From Nitrospirota bacterium (GTDB taxonomy: Bacteria; Nitrospirota; Nitrospiria; Nitrospirales; NS-4): 64,000 nucleotides of DNA. Position numbers and translations under genes: made by a program. Location: assembly GCA_963788195.1 (NCBI GenBank), contig CAWBGA010000002.1, forward strand, positions 160,001 through 224,000, read 5' to 3'. Below, piece after piece: positions 9,576 to 21,165 of this stretch. Within the stretch, counting starts at the first letter, position 1. Each line of letters begins with the position of its first letter. The notes below the pieces were generated by a model that had not been told where the DNA came from, did no database searches, and worked only from the letters and a program-made list of their open reading frames with translations.

Positions 9576-10217
9576 TTAGCCGCTAGAGGGCCCGTAGGGG
9601 CTCACCGCGTCCTGATCTCGGCCTGGTTCATAGGTTTGGAGTACCTGAGAAATGGTCGGCATCAGGGTGGTACGAGCCGAAGCGGGCATTTTGATGCGGA
9701 CGCCGCGGCCTTCATTCCGGCCCACGGAGAAGATGTGAAATTCAATGAAGTCCGTCTGGTGCTCGTCGCGGTAGGAAAAGGTCAATTGTATGGCTGGCCG
9801 GCCGCCGAGCGTGAGGGTGTGCTCGCGTTCCCATTTCAGTACAATGGATTTCTTGGCATACAGATCCTGAATGATCCGTCGGTGCGCCGTGGCAAATTCC
9901 GCAATGGTCTGCCGGCCATCCTGGCTCGTGCCTTCGATCAGGTTCAGGTATCCAGACAGCATCATTTGGGTTTTCGGCACCGGCGGGTAAAGGGTAATGC
10001 CCAAGCCGTCCGCTAACGGCTTGCCGAGTTGCCACTCAGGGGGATAGTGTATCGAGAAGCCGAACCTTCCATTCACGTACTTCTTCCAGCCCGCAGGCGC
10101 AGGCCGCGACTCCTCGGCACTGAGAAGAGACGAGCCACCGCCTAAGAACAGCACGCTGACGAGGATAAGCGCAAAAATCACTGTCTCGATCCTGCAAGGA
10201 CAGTTGGTAGAATACAC
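9576..10217 (-). CDS. Exported PsbP/Mog1-like protein
   Basis: Signal peptide, WKKYVNGRFGFSIHYPPEW, TLGGRPAI, ISQVLQTYE patterns. Confidence 0.65.
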   Translation of the reverse strand: MYSTNCPCRIETVIFALILVSVLFLGGGSSLLSAEESRPAPAGWKKYVNGRFGFSIHYPPEWQLGKPLADGLGITLYPPVPKTQMMLSGYLNLIEGTSQDGRQTIAEFATAHRRIIQDLYAKKSIVLKWEREHTLTLGGRPAIQLTFSYRDEHQTDFIEFHIFSVGRNEGRGVRIKMPASARTTLMPTISQVLQTYEPGRDQDAVSPYGPSSG

Positions 10218-10269
10218 ATGAACCAGGTCGAGATTTGATGTAAGGAGGTCACGACTATTTGACTCCGTG

Positions 10270-13200
10270 TCAGTACCTGCGCCAGCGCCTACCCGATTTA
10301 GTGGTCCTGCCCTTCCTTTTACAGTCCATGCAGATCTGGCCGAAAATACCCTTTCAACGGTTTACCTTCTGATCATGGACACCTCCTTCTGCTGGACCCG
10401 GCCACATTTCTGGCAGTGCTTCGCGGTGCCGTCACCCAACCCTTCGTATCGTTACGGATTCGAGTGATGGTCTCTGAGTCCTTGTGGTTGGTTGCCGAGA
10501 CAATCAGTGTATCCAACCGCTCGGAAAGCGTCTGTACGGTCGCCGAGGTTAAAACGATTGATCCGCAGGAACTTGTAGCCGTAAGCCTCCAGCACCAGCT
10601 GCCGCTCCACATGGCTCTGGACGGTAATACTGGTTCCACTGGCCTTCGTGAATCCGCTTATGTTCTGTGAAGTGCTCGGCGAAGCCGTCGTACTCGATCA
10701 CCACGTTTACCTTTCTTTCCTCACCGTGATAGCGCAGCAGTATGCAGTGAGCAATTGGCGCCGATAGAAAGTATCGAGCTGGCGCAAATTGCCGACAGGG
10801 AACTGCGCGATCACCTCCAAACGTTCTTCGTTCAGCTGATAGAAGGGAGTCTTCTGTAGCCAGTCTAGCACCTTCCGCTCCATGGGCGAGGATGGATCAG
10901 TATCACCGGGATCCGGGAAGGGACGCTCCTTCAGCATGTGTGTAAAATGCGCAAGCGCCCGCCCGATCGAGCCGCGAAATTGCTCCACCGGCTTCGAGAG
11001 CACGAAATGGATCGTCTCCTTTGCCCGAGAGAAACCAACGTTAAGACGCTGCATTTTCAGCTTCTCCTCCGCCTGGTCAGCGGCCTCTTCCATATCTACT
11101 GGGAAGACATAGTTCAACACGTCGTGCTCACCAGTAGCCACCATCGAGTAGAAGATGATGTCACGCTCTTCACCCTGGCAGGTGTCGAAGGTCATGATTT
11201 TCAACTTGAGATCGGTCTCGAATTGCTGGGGCATTCAGATCGCAACAAGATGCTAATTAGATATTGCTTGCTGCTTATGTAAAGGCGTTACCACCATACT
11301 TGCTCCACCATCGTCGAGTCCCGGGAGGCAGTTGGCCCAGGGCATTAAATGTTGCGCATTGTCCTTGCCGTCGTGCTCCAACAATGTGAAGCGAATCACC
11401 TCCTCAAGGGGCTTACCGCGCACCTTGATGGGCTTGTTGCCCCTCGTAGAAGTGTATTGAAGAAGCCGCCACGAGCTCCGATACCCGCGGAAATGCTTGC
11501 GTAACATATCGTTGTAAGAGGCGATCAGGTCAAAAAACTCCAGGATCGACTTCTTTACGTCGAAGTGCTTGAGTCGCTGGATCTTGTCGGCCGCAGGCGA
11601 TATGCGCGCCCGAAAGTAAAGCCTCGGTTTCAGTGAGGTAGCTTGTGTTGAGCAGGTTGCTCGCTTGAGCGGACTTAACGTTCGAGAATTGCTTTCTATC
11701 GCCGAATACTACCATCTTTTTTAGCCTGCGGAACAGCGCCGGGAAAGCCTGTGCTACAGAGACCTGGCTCTCCGGCCCCTTGTCCATCACAACCACATCG
11801 AAGAGCTTAAGCTTTAGCGGCACGTACTCAGCAACTTCCGAATGCCGGCCTTATGATACAAGGGAATGCCTGTTTTAGGCTGTCAGAACTATCCTGTGGA
11901 GTAACTGCTGCTTAGCACGGATGACCCCGCCGAGGGTAATCGTGGTCGCGCGGGAGTTATCAATAAACTCGATGAAGCGCTGTTGATCTTGTGAGTCATT
12001 TGGGAGGTGTACAATTGTTCGAGTTTGGCCTTCTCACCAACATAGTCAAGCGCGGGGGCGGAGTTGATTAAGCCCTTCACCTTTGCCCAAGACTCCGCAT
12101 ACCTGACGGCGCGACGGAGGAAGGAAAAAGAGCTGGAATTGTCCGCAACGGTGGGTTGCCCGAGGCGAGTGCCACACCGTCTGTACCCGCATCCGGTCCC
12201 ACAACTGCCAGATAGGCTTTTAGAAATTGATTCACCTCAGTCAAGCCTTGCGGAAGGGTCTCGGTGGAGAGCAGCAGCCTGTAAATTCTTTTCACCATCC
12301 TCCGCAGGGAGCCCCGCTCTCTGTGAGCACCTGACGGATGCGTGCTAGCACCAAAAGTACGGCTCGCATATCTGAGAGACGCCGGTGCAGGTCAAGGGGG
12401 TTTGGACATGGCATTACCTGGGCAAGCCGGGTGGTGACGGCTCTTACCTTAACCCTACGGAACAAATATCCGAAGAGAGGCATGCGCAATGCCTCGTACT
12501 CAGCGATAAATGCCGCGAAGCAGTGCTTCGTGGTGTGGCCCGAGGGCGGTGAAAGAGCGTGAGTGCAGTGCGCTGGTCCCGAAGGTCGACGATACTCTGC
12601 AGAGCCAGGTACCGCTGGACCGTCATGCATAGCTGACCCACACTGACACGCTCGAAGCGTTCGGAAAGCCAGGCGATCCCAGTCCTGGACGCTGCGCAAT
12701 CGAGTACTGCTGCGGCCTGTATTAGTGTTGGCAGTCGAACCGCCGTCCCCCTAAGCTCCTGCAGCCGCATCGAATAGGCTGGCAACTGTTCCTCGATCTC
12801 TTGCTCCAAGAGGTGCAGCTCTTCCACCTCTGATAGCTTTACCTCGCCATAAGCATGGATGGTCTGCTGGATTGCTCCCTTGAGCCGGTCACGGGAAGCA
12901 AGGATCTCTGCTTCCAGTCGTCCAGCGTTTGGGCGGTGGGCGCGGTACTGCTGGCGTATGCGTTCCTGAGAGGCCTGGGAGATGAGTCGTGTGTAACTGC
13001 CGCCAATGCGACCCAACCGCAAGATCGGGTTCGGGAAGTCGTCCCCGTGGCGTACTGTGGAGAGTGCTATTTCCAGTTTGTCTTGCACAACATCCAGCAG
13101 CCTCTTGCTTGTCCGAGAGAATCAAAAGGTTCTTGCCGTGCAAAATGCAGTCGAAGGCAATCGCTGTAATGGTGTGGCTTTTACCCGTCCCAGGCGGGCC

Positions 13201-14623
13201 TTGGATGACGACGTAGTGGCAGTCTTCGTCGCGCAGCGCGAGGAGAATCTTACGTTGTTCTTCGTTCACCGGGATCGGGGAGACCGCCATTAGCCGCTCA
13301 GGCACCGGTGTGGCTTCCCACTGATCATCGATGCTTTGCCGTATGCTCTTTGGGTCGTTTTGTACGAAGCCATCGATGATTGTGCTGAAAAGGTCACTAG
13401 CGGCTTGCTGGTCGTCATTTACCACGGCGAGCAGTGCTTCATAGTCGTTAAGCAGCGCTTCGTCTGATTTGTCAAACACAGCGAAATAGGCAGTATTTTT
13501 GAGCTTCAGTGACGCGTTGGATGCGACCTGCAAGCGTGACTGTCGTACGTCTAGATCTCCCGCTAGATCAAGGGCGGGCAGCAATGTACTGAGCACCCGT
13601 TCGATCTCCACGATAAACGATTGGTTCTCACCGATGTAGACGATGCGTTCGTTCACCGGGGAGATTGGTAGTCGTTTCGCCTCGCCACGGAACTCCTGGA
13701 GAACGAAGTCGACTGCTCGCTTATTCACGAACAGATGGGGGTCGAAGTCCAGCACGTAATCGCCGCGTTGCTCGTCATAAGTCGACGGTCGTCGGGACGT
13801 AGAAAAGCGGATACGTCGAGGTGCCAAAGCGCAGCTCGCACAAGTATAGATAGAACTGTAGGTTGTCCGCGGTGCGAGTGAAATTAAGTAAGTCGCGAAG
13901 CTCCTGAAAGGCGTCAGCCGTAGCGAAATCATCGAAGAAGGCGATGATACGCATCCTTGGCCTCCTTCTCGCCGAAGAACTCTTCCATGACAGCGCGTGC
14001 CGGCTCGAGATTCTCCTTTCACCACATAGGTGTTAAGCGTAGTAGGAAGCTGTTCAATCGCGGCGGCAGTGAGTGCGTCTACGAGATCGGTCTCCACTTC
14101 GTAGACTGACTCGATTGCCGGAATAGGACGTTGCTGGAGGAATGGCCCTTCGAGTAGCGACAGAATGGGCCGCACGATTCGCTCTCCCACAGCTTCGACG
14201 AAGGCGAGTTGCACATCCTCAACGTATTTCTCTTGATCCTCAGCAGCCTTTACGCGGATGCCTCTCGAATAGTCTGCGGTGACCGAGCGGACTTCGGCAA
14301 AACTCTGAGTGGGCAGTGTGTCGACATGCTGACGGATCAGATCGCGCAGGATCGGGCTGATGAGCGCGGTGTAGTGCCTGCGCGGCAGCCGCAGGTGTGA
14401 GCCCTTTAGCCACAGTCAGATTGCAGAGCGCCCATACCTCATCAGAGAGGCGTGGGTACTTGCGCAGGGCCATTCCGCTGCGGAAGCCAGTATCGGTTTT
14501 TAGTTGGATACGCCGGCGCGGGGCTTGCTGACGCTTAAAGTCGGTCTCCAGGAAGTCTAGAAAGTATCGGCAGACCTTCTGCGAGAACTCTTTGAGCGCA
14601 GGTCCTGCAACTGGTTTTTCCAT
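10270..14623 (-). pseudogene. Large SF1 (DNA2/NAM7-like) helicase fused to a DUF559/Vsr-like endonuclease and a C-terminal CxxC-CxxC zinc finger; many frameshifts (pseudogene or low-quality sequence)
   Basis: Q motif NEEQ, Walker A GPPGTGKS, FDVVVMD...SQ, VVFGDRKQ, HFRGY, TFDTCQGEERD, RLNVGFSRAK, SPME, VIEYDG...ERQ..LEAYGYKFLRINRFN, CQKC...CMDC across about 10 ORF pieces; stop at 10270. Confidence 0.8.
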
Positions 14624-15054
14624 ACCGTGGCCGGTCCTCTTTGATCCTCGTGGCGTTCCAGCTACCAGCCTTTTCTCAACACTCCCCCTTTTAGGGTATT
14701 TTGTTAAGCTAGATTATGTCAATCCTTTTCCCGACAGGGCGTCCGTGGTGTTGCATTTCTTATATACGACTGATGCCCCCTTCATATCTCCTCGTGCAGA
14801 TTCTACTGAAGCGAAGGCGATCACTTTTTGTAGCACAGCATGTATTGTCCCCTGAGATCGCCGGTTCTTCTTGTTGTTCAGAGACTTACCTGTGTGATGT
14901 GCTAGCTTGGGGTAAAACAGAGGCGAACACAAGACTATCCGGTAAACTGGAGCGGGGCGACCCGCCATGAGGCGCGCAGTGAACAAATAACCGTTGTCTA
15001 TGTGGTGACTGACACTGGCTTGCGCCATGGCGGCTTCTCGGCAATAATGGGAAC

Positions 15055-15567
15055 ATGCCCAGAAAAATCATTCTCTCGCGGATCTGGAGTCTTCTCTTCC
15101 TTCTCGCCCTCCTTGGTGGGTGCACAGCCTATAAGCACCAGGCTCTCCATCGATGAGGCGCTCGCCCGTGGTGGCTGGGACCGCCACTGTAGAGGGAAAA
15201 GTGAGTATCATATCTAAATACGGTGAGGTGCAAACAGGAGCGGATTCGACCGTCTATTTGGTTCCCGTGACGGCCTATGCCACGGAGTGGTTTGACCATT
15301 ACGTCGTGCAGCAGCAGAAAATTGACGGCAAGGATCCCCGGTCCTTTGCGTCAGCGCATGCCGCGGTCGTGGATTACGACGGGCATTTCGAGTTTCAATC
15401 CATCCCGCCCGGCGCCTACTATGTCACCTGCAACGTGCACTACCCGCTTCGCCGGCCGGAAAATAGGCCGCTTCAACTTCAGCTTGCGTACGGTGGAGAC
15501 CGTCGAGGCCTATGCCAAGATTCATGTTGCGGCAGGCGGGAAGGCTGAAGTCCTCGTGACTCGTTAA
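15055..15567 (+). CDS. Lipoprotein with carboxypeptidase-regulatory-like (transthyretin-like) domain, frameshifted
   Basis: MPRKIILSRIWSLLFLLALLGG-C, then VYLVPVT...DYDGHFEFQSIPPGAYYV in the next frame. Confidence 0.6.
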
Positions 15568-15646
15568 TATATTTAGTGTTATTATACCTAGTAATGTAAT
15601 ATATAGGGATGAAACCTAATGGGGTATTTCTTGGGACAAAGTCATA

Positions 15647-17392
15647 ATGCCCCAGGCCGACCTATCCGTCGAAACGACTCCGTCTGCATCGCCTAGTGAC
15701 GTAACGACCCTTAATTCTACAAACCGCTCCCAATTAATCCTTTTACAAGTTCTCATCACGGTGGTGCTGTGCTACCAACTGCTGTTCAGCAAAGAGGCGC
15801 TGATCAGCTTCCAGGCCAAAGAGATCATAGTGGCGGGTCTGGCGCTGTTGCTCTGTGGTCTCCTCCTCATTCCCGCCCGGCTATGGGTGGCACACTGGCT
15901 GATAGGCGTCGTGGTCATCAGCGACACGATCGTGACCACCTGCATTATCTATCTCTCGGGAAACGCGGCGTCTGACCTGTATCTGACCTACTTTTTGATC
16001 ATCCTTCTCGCTGCGTTCAGTCCGACGTTGAAGCAAATGCTCGGCCTTTCAGTGATTCTGGCCCTCATCTATGGATTGATGCTGTATCTGGGCTCGGGCA
16101 GTTCAGCACCTATAATGGAGGGCCAGCTTCTTCGCATCCCGGTCCTGTTGATCTTCGCGACCTTCTATGGAGTGGCCGCCGAGCGCGTGCGTACGGACAT
16201 GGGAAAAAGGGTGTCCCTTGAGGACCAGCTCCGCCAAGCCCAAAAGCTGGAAGCGATCGGAAGGCTTGCGGGAGGCATCGCCCATGACTTTAACAATATC
16301 CTCACCGCCATCATGGGCTATAGCGCGCTGTTACAGGCCGGACTTGATGGCCACGATCCCAAGGCCCAGGAAGTCGAAGAAATCAAGAAGGCGGTGCGCC
16401 GTGCGTCAGCGCTCATTCAGCAGTTGCTGGCTTTCAGCCGCCGCCAGTTGCTGCAGATACAGGTCTTGGACCTGAACTCTGTGGTGCTGGACATTCAACC
16501 GCTGCTGCAACGGCTGATCGGCGAGGATATCGAACTAATCGTTCTGACCACCTCGTCGCTCGGGCACGTGAAATCAGATCCCGGTCAGATCGAGCAGGTT
16601 CTAATGAACCTCGCCCTTAACGCCCGCGATGCGATGCCGCAGGGCGGGAAACTCACCATCCAGACCATGAACCTCATGTTCGATGAAGCATTCGCCCGCA
16701 GGCACCTGCTACCGTACCCCGGACCATACGTCATGCTATCGATCACGGATACCGGCGAGGGCATGGACGAGGAGACCCTCGCGCACATCTTCGAGCCTTT
16801 TTTTACGACGAAGGAGCAAGGCAAGGGCACAGGCCTGGGCCTCGCCACCGTCTATGGAATTGTGAAGCAGAGCGGGGGCACGATCTCCGTCTACAGCAAG
16901 CCTGGAAAGGGCACTACGTGCAAAATCTATCTGCCCCGGGTTGATGACCCCGTGCTGCCAATGGAGAACGCAATGCCGCTGTTTCACCCCCCACAGGGCT
17001 CGGAGACCATTCTGCTGGTGGAAGATGAAGACTCCGTGCGAGAACCCGTGCGACAGGTGCTGCAGCGGATTGGATACACGATTCTGGAAGCCCGCCAGGG
17101 TGACGAGGCGCTCACGATTTGCAAACGTCACGAAGGTGAGATCTCTCTGCTCGTGACGGACGTGGTCATGCCGCGGATGGGCGGGCGCGAGTTGGCCGAA
17201 CACATGGTGCCCATGCACCCCAAGATGAAGGTCCTTTACCTGTCTGGGTATACGGACGATGCGGTCCTCCGCCACGGCGTCAGAGAATCGATAACTGCCT
17301 TCCTGCAAAAGCCATTCACTCCGGAGGCCTTGGCGCGTAAGGTCCGGGAGGTGCTTGACTCGGGACATGCCTCTCAGAAGGTTGTCCGGTGA
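15647..17392 (+). CDS. Membrane hybrid sensor histidine kinase/receiver (CckA-like)
   Basis: About 5 TM helices, H-box [11 protein letters not shown]-box NARDAM, G1/F/G2 [19 protein letters not shown], receiver LLVEDE...VTDVVMP...FLQKPF. Confidence 0.93.
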   Translation: MPQADLSVETTPSASPSDVTTLNSTNRSQLILLQVLITVVLCYQLLFSKEALISFQAKEIIVAGLALLLCGLLLIPARLWVAHWLIGVVVISDTIVTTCIIYLSGNAASDLYLTYFLIILLAAFSPTLKQMLGLSVILALIYGLMLYLGSGSSAPIMEGQLLRIPVLLIFATFYGVAAERVRTDMGKRVSLEDQLRQAQKLEAIGRLAGGIAHDFNNILTAIMGYSALLQAGLDGHDPKAQEVEEIKKAVRRASALIQQLLAFSRRQLLQIQVLDLNSVVLDIQPLLQRLIGEDIELIVLTTSSLGHVKSDPGQIEQVLMNLALNARDAMPQGGKLTIQTMNLMFDEAFARRHLLPYPGPYVMLSITDTGEGMDEETLAHIFEPFFTTKEQGKGTGLGLATVYGIVKQSGGTISVYSKPGKGTTCKIYLPRVDDPVLPMENAMPLFHPPQGSETILLVEDEDSVREPVRQVLQRIGYTILEARQGDEALTICKRHEGEISLLVTDVVMPRMGGRELAEHMVPMHPKMKVLYLSGYTDDAVLRHGVRESITAFLQKPFTPEALARKVREVLDSGHASQKVVR

Positions 17393-17396
17393 TCGC

Positions 17397-17426
17397 TTGA
17401 TGATCTTCCCGCTATCGTGCTATTGT
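17397..17426 (+). promoter_or_regulatory. Candidate sigma70 promoter for ispH
   Basis: TTGATG-18 nt-TATTGT with extended -10 TG. Confidence 0.4.
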
Positions 17427-17461
17427 TAGCAGATTATTGACCCGTCAGAGTACCCTGAACA

Positions 17462-18406
17462 ATGAAGATCTATCTTGCCAATCCAAGGGGCTTTTGTGCC
17501 GGTGTGGACCGCGCCATAGAGATCGTGGAGCTGTCGCTCAAGGCGTACGGGGCTCCCATCTATGTGCGACATGAGATCGTCCACAGCCGCCACGTCGTGA
17601 ATTCCCTGAAGCTTAAGGGCGCCGTATTCGTCGAAGAGTTAAATGCGGTGCCTGATGGACAGACGGTCATTTTCAGCGCACATGGGGTAGCCAAGGGAGT
17701 CTGGGAGGAAGCCAGCCGCCGCAATCTAAAGGTGATCGACGCGACGTGTCCCCTGGTGATCAAGGTTCATAATGAAGTGAACCGCGACTACCGACAAGGC
17801 TATGAGTTGATTCTTATCGGCCATGACGGCCACCCGGAAGTCATCGGGACGCTGGGTCAGGTGCCGGACAAGTTCCACCTCGTGAGTTCCGTGGAAGATG
17901 TGGAGCGATTGCAGGTAGAGCGCTCCGAACAACTCTCCTATGTGACGCAAACGACCTTGAGCGTGGATGAATGCCGGGATATTGTCGCCGCGCTGCATAA
18001 GCGATTCCCGACCATCAAAGGCCCCCATCAGGAAGACATTTGCTACGCGACTCAAAACCGTCAAAACGCCGTGAAGAAACTGACGGAGCTGGTGGATGTC
18101 ATTCTCGTCATCGGCTCGCCGAATAGTTCGAACTCGAATCGCCTGCGCGAATTGGGCGAGCATTGCGGCATCCCCTCCTATCTCATTGACTCGACCAGCG
18201 ACATCAACCCGGCCTGGCTTGTGGACATTAGGGCCGTCGGCATCTCCGCCGGCGCTTCTGCGCCCGAGGTATTGGTGGCGGAGGTGGTCGACTACCTAAA
18301 GGCTCACGGCGGCGAGGTTGTTGAAGAGGTCACGGTCATTGAAGAGGATGTGGAGTTTCTGTTGCCCAAGGAGTTGATTTCCGCTGCCGATATCAGCCGC
18401 CCCTGA
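17462..18406 (+). CDS. ispH: 4-hydroxy-3-methylbut-2-enyl diphosphate reductase
   Basis: [49 protein letters not shown]. Confidence 0.97.
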   Translation: MKIYLANPRGFCAGVDRAIEIVELSLKAYGAPIYVRHEIVHSRHVVNSLKLKGAVFVEELNAVPDGQTVIFSAHGVAKGVWEEASRRNLKVIDATCPLVIKVHNEVNRDYRQGYELILIGHDGHPEVIGTLGQVPDKFHLVSSVEDVERLQVERSEQLSYVTQTTLSVDECRDIVAALHKRFPTIKGPHQEDICYATQNRQNAVKKLTELVDVILVIGSPNSSNSNRLRELGEHCGIPSYLIDSTSDINPAWLVDIRAVGISAGASAPEVLVAEVVDYLKAHGGEVVEEVTVIEEDVEFLLPKELISAADISRP

Positions 18407-18419
18407 AGGAACGCATCGC

Positions 18420-19124
18420 GTGAAGCCCCGCAAGCAGAGGGGGCGCGCCCCCGGTACCCATATCCCTGTTCTTCCCGCGCAAAAGCGAAAGTTTCGTGGC
18501 CGCCTGCTGAAGTGGTACACGCAACACGGCCGCGATCTCCCGTGGCGCCGTACTCGCGACCCCTATCACATCCTGGTCTCCGAAATGATGCTCCAGCAGA
18601 CCCAAGTGGACCGGGTGGTGCCGAAGTATCACGAATGGCTCGTCAAGTATCCGACGATGGAACACCTCGCCGAAGCGCCGCTGGAAGAGGTCAAGAAAAC
18701 CTGGTACCCCCTCGGATACAATGTCCGTCCCATCAGGCTCCACAGCATCGCTTGCGAGTCGGTCGCCCGTTACGGAGGTTCCCTCCCGCGCGCCCATGAG
18801 GAGTTGCTCGCGTTTAAGGGCATCGGCCGCTACACGGCCGGCGCCATCCGATCATTTGCATTCCATGAAGATGCACCCATCCTTGATACCAACGTCCGAA
18901 GGGTGTTGCACCGCATCTTCGTTGGACAAGCGCAGGCAAAGGAAACACACAGCCAGGCCCTGTGGGAGCTCTCGCAAGCGCTGATCCCCAAAGGGCAGTG
19001 CTATGATTTCAACCAGGCCATGATGGACTTTGGGGCGACCCTGTGCACGGCGCGCGATCCCTACTGCCTGCTTTGCCCGATGAAGGATTTTTGCAAGACC
19101 TATCCGTTCGACGGGCGCCGGTGA
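18420..19124 (+). CDS. mutY: A/G-specific adenine glycosylase, short form without C-terminal NUDIX-like domain
   Basis: GRDLPWR, VSEMMLQQTQV, LGY, HhH KGIGRYTAGAI, DTNVRRV, 4Fe-4S C-x6-C-x2-C-x5-C. Confidence 0.9.
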   Translation: MKPRKQRGRAPGTHIPVLPAQKRKFRGRLLKWYTQHGRDLPWRRTRDPYHILVSEMMLQQTQVDRVVPKYHEWLVKYPTMEHLAEAPLEEVKKTWYPLGYNVRPIRLHSIACESVARYGGSLPRAHEELLAFKGIGRYTAGAIRSFAFHEDAPILDTNVRRVLHRIFVGQAQAKETHSQALWELSQALIPKGQCYDFNQAMMDFGATLCTARDPYCLLCPMKDFCKTYPFDGRR

Positions 19125-19519
19125 ACACGGCTGCGGCAATTCAGGTCGCGGCCGCCGTCATCTGCTGCGATGGACGCTATCTGATCACCCGCCGCAAACC
19201 CGGTACTCACCTGGAGGGTTTGTGGGAGTTCCCCGGGGGCAAGCGCGAACCCGGTGAGACGCTTGAGGACTGCCTGCGGCGAGAACTTCGTGAGGAGCTG
19301 GGGGTCGAGATCTCCGAGCCGGTACTGTACCAGGCTGTGCGGCATGACTATCCGGAAAAGTCTGTCGAACTGCATTTTTTCCGGTGCAGGATTGAACCTG
19401 AGGGTGTGCAATTGCTCGAGGGCGCCGACCTCAAGTGGGTGCCTGCGGAGCAACTAGATTCATTCGCCTTCCCCGCGGCCGATCGGCAGCTTGTCGAAGC
19501 ATTACAAAACGGAATGTGA
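19121..19519 (+). CDS. mutT: MutT-like NUDIX (d)NTP pyrophosphohydrolase
   Basis: WEFPGGKREPGETLEDCLRRELREELG Nudix box; GTG overlaps the mutY stop. Confidence 0.88.
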   Translation: MNTAAAIQVAAAVICCDGRYLITRRKPGTHLEGLWEFPGGKREPGETLEDCLRRELREELGVEISEPVLYQAVRHDYPEKSVELHFFRCRIEPEGVQLLEGADLKWVPAEQLDSFAFPAADRQLVEALQNGM

Positions 19520-19534
19520 GAGTCCTCGTTTACG

Positions 19535-20150
19535 ATGCGATTTCCTCTCGATGCGAAGCTCAAGGACGGGACGCCGATTCAGCTGGTGTTGGCGGGTCGA
19601 GGTGATCGAGAACCCCTGCACGACCTCTATCGGGTCATTGTCGAGGAAGGGGGCTCCTATCCGCATGATCGCGTGCCCAATCTCGAGGAGTTTGAAGAGT
19701 ACTGGTTTCGTGGGACGAGCACTGTGGCGGCGTATCGCATAGACGCGCAAGCGGAAGGCGCCATCGGCGCCTTCTATCTGAAGCCGAATTGGCCCGGGTC
19801 GGGCCAGGCATGTGGCCAACGCCGGCTTTATCGTGGCTCCTGCATGGCGAAACAAAGGGCTGGGGTGGCTGCTTGGAGCGGTGATGCTCGACTATGCACG
19901 CGATCTTGGATACCGAAGCGTTCTGTTTAATCTCGTCTTTTCGGAGAACCTGCCGGCACGACATTTATGGAAAAAACTAGGTTTCGTTGAGCTGGCCGCG
20001 ATCCCGAACGCCGTGCGCAAAAATGATGGAACCTGCCAGGAGGCGATTATCATGTTCCGGTCGCTGGGACGGGAAGGGGGTCAGGCTTCTTTTCTGAACA
20101 GAGATAGCTCGGTCACGGCAAAAGCAGAAAAGATGCCTGACCCCTTATGA
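19535..20150 (+). CDS. GNAT N-acetyltransferase (frameshift near 19800)
   Basis: FYLKPNWPG then ANAGFIVAPAWRNKGLG...FNLVFSENLPARHLWKKLGF. Confidence 0.85.
20074..20146. repeat. Long imperfect inverted repeat at the GNAT 3' end
   Basis: AAGGGGGTCAGGCTTCTTTTCTG ... CAGAAAAGATGCCTGACCCCTT. Confidence 0.7.
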
Positions 20151-20160
20151 AAGATCGAGC

Positions 20161-20853
20161 ATGAAAGTTGTACTCGACATCGAGACGATCCAATGTTCCA
20201 AGGAGGAGTGGGCCCGGTTGAAGGGCATCGCCCTTCTCTATGAAGAGGACCCTCCGGACCTGTTGACCGCAGGGGAAGCCGCGGAACAGGACAAGGAATA
20301 CGAAAAATCCTGCTTCGACTCCACCTTCTGTCAAATCGTCTGCATCGGCGGGATCATTCTGAACGATGCGTTCGAGCCGCAGGAGACCATAGCCTGGTAT
20401 GGCTCCAACGAGCGGGAGTTGCTTCGGCAGTTCTGGGCGCGGATCGGACAGCTCCGGCCGTCGCTGTTCATCACTCACAACGGCCTTGGCTTTGATCTCC
20501 CGGTTCTAAGAAACCGGTCCATTATTCAACGGGTGAAGCCGTCGGTGGATATCAGCTTAGCCAAGTACCGCACCGAGCCCGTCTTCGATACGCTCGCGGT
20601 CTGGTCCAATTGGGAAATGCGTGGAAGAATCAAACTCGATGTGTTGGCCAGAGTGCTGGGGTGCGAAACAAAGTCCGGTTCGGGGAATCAAGTGGCCGAG
20701 ATGTGGAAGGCCGGACGAGGGAAAGACATCGCAGAGTATTGTGTTCGTGACTGCTACGTGACCTACGCCTGCTACTCCAGAATGAACTTCCGCGAGCCTC
20801 TGGATCCTGAGAAAGTGCTGTCTAGCCCCAACCTGATTGAAGTGGCGGGATAA
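20161..20853 (+). CDS. PolB-like DEDD 3'-5' exonuclease (RNase H-like domain)
   Basis: VLDIET, HNGLGFDLP, KLDVLA, YCVRD motifs. Confidence 0.85.
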   Translation: MKVVLDIETIQCSKEEWARLKGIALLYEEDPPDLLTAGEAAEQDKEYEKSCFDSTFCQIVCIGGIILNDAFEPQETIAWYGSNERELLRQFWARIGQLRPSLFITHNGLGFDLPVLRNRSIIQRVKPSVDISLAKYRTEPVFDTLAVWSNWEMRGRIKLDVLARVLGCETKSGSGNQVAEMWKAGRGKDIAEYCVRDCYVTYACYSRMNFREPLDPEKVLSSPNLIEVAG

Positions 20854-20883
20854 GACAAACTGCGCTCAGAGTGACGAGGAAGG

Positions 20884-21165
20884 CTAGGTTGTCCGCTGCG
20901 GGAAGACCTGCATGAAGGGATGGATTTCGTAGCGGGCGAAGACGCCCTCCGTGACGTACGGATCGTCTTTGAGAAAGGCTTGGACCTCTTCCAGAGAAGT
21001 CATATCTAGCACGATGAGGCTTCCGGCTTTATCGGTGAACGGCCCGGCCAGCAGCACCTTTCCGGCCTTATCCAAAGGATCCATTCTATCGAGGTGGGCC
21101 TGGCGATGTACCTTCCGTTTTTCCTGGCCATCGGCCCCGTCATGGCCGATGATGACGAAAATCAT
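20884..21165 (-). CDS. YciI family protein
   Basis: HRQAHL, LAGPF, GSLIV, DDPYV. Confidence 0.88.
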   Translation of the reverse strand: MIFVIIGHDGADGQEKRKVHRQAHLDRMDPLDKAGKVLLAGPFTDKAGSLIVLDMTSLEEVQAFLKDDPYVTEGVFARYEIHPFMQVFPQRTT

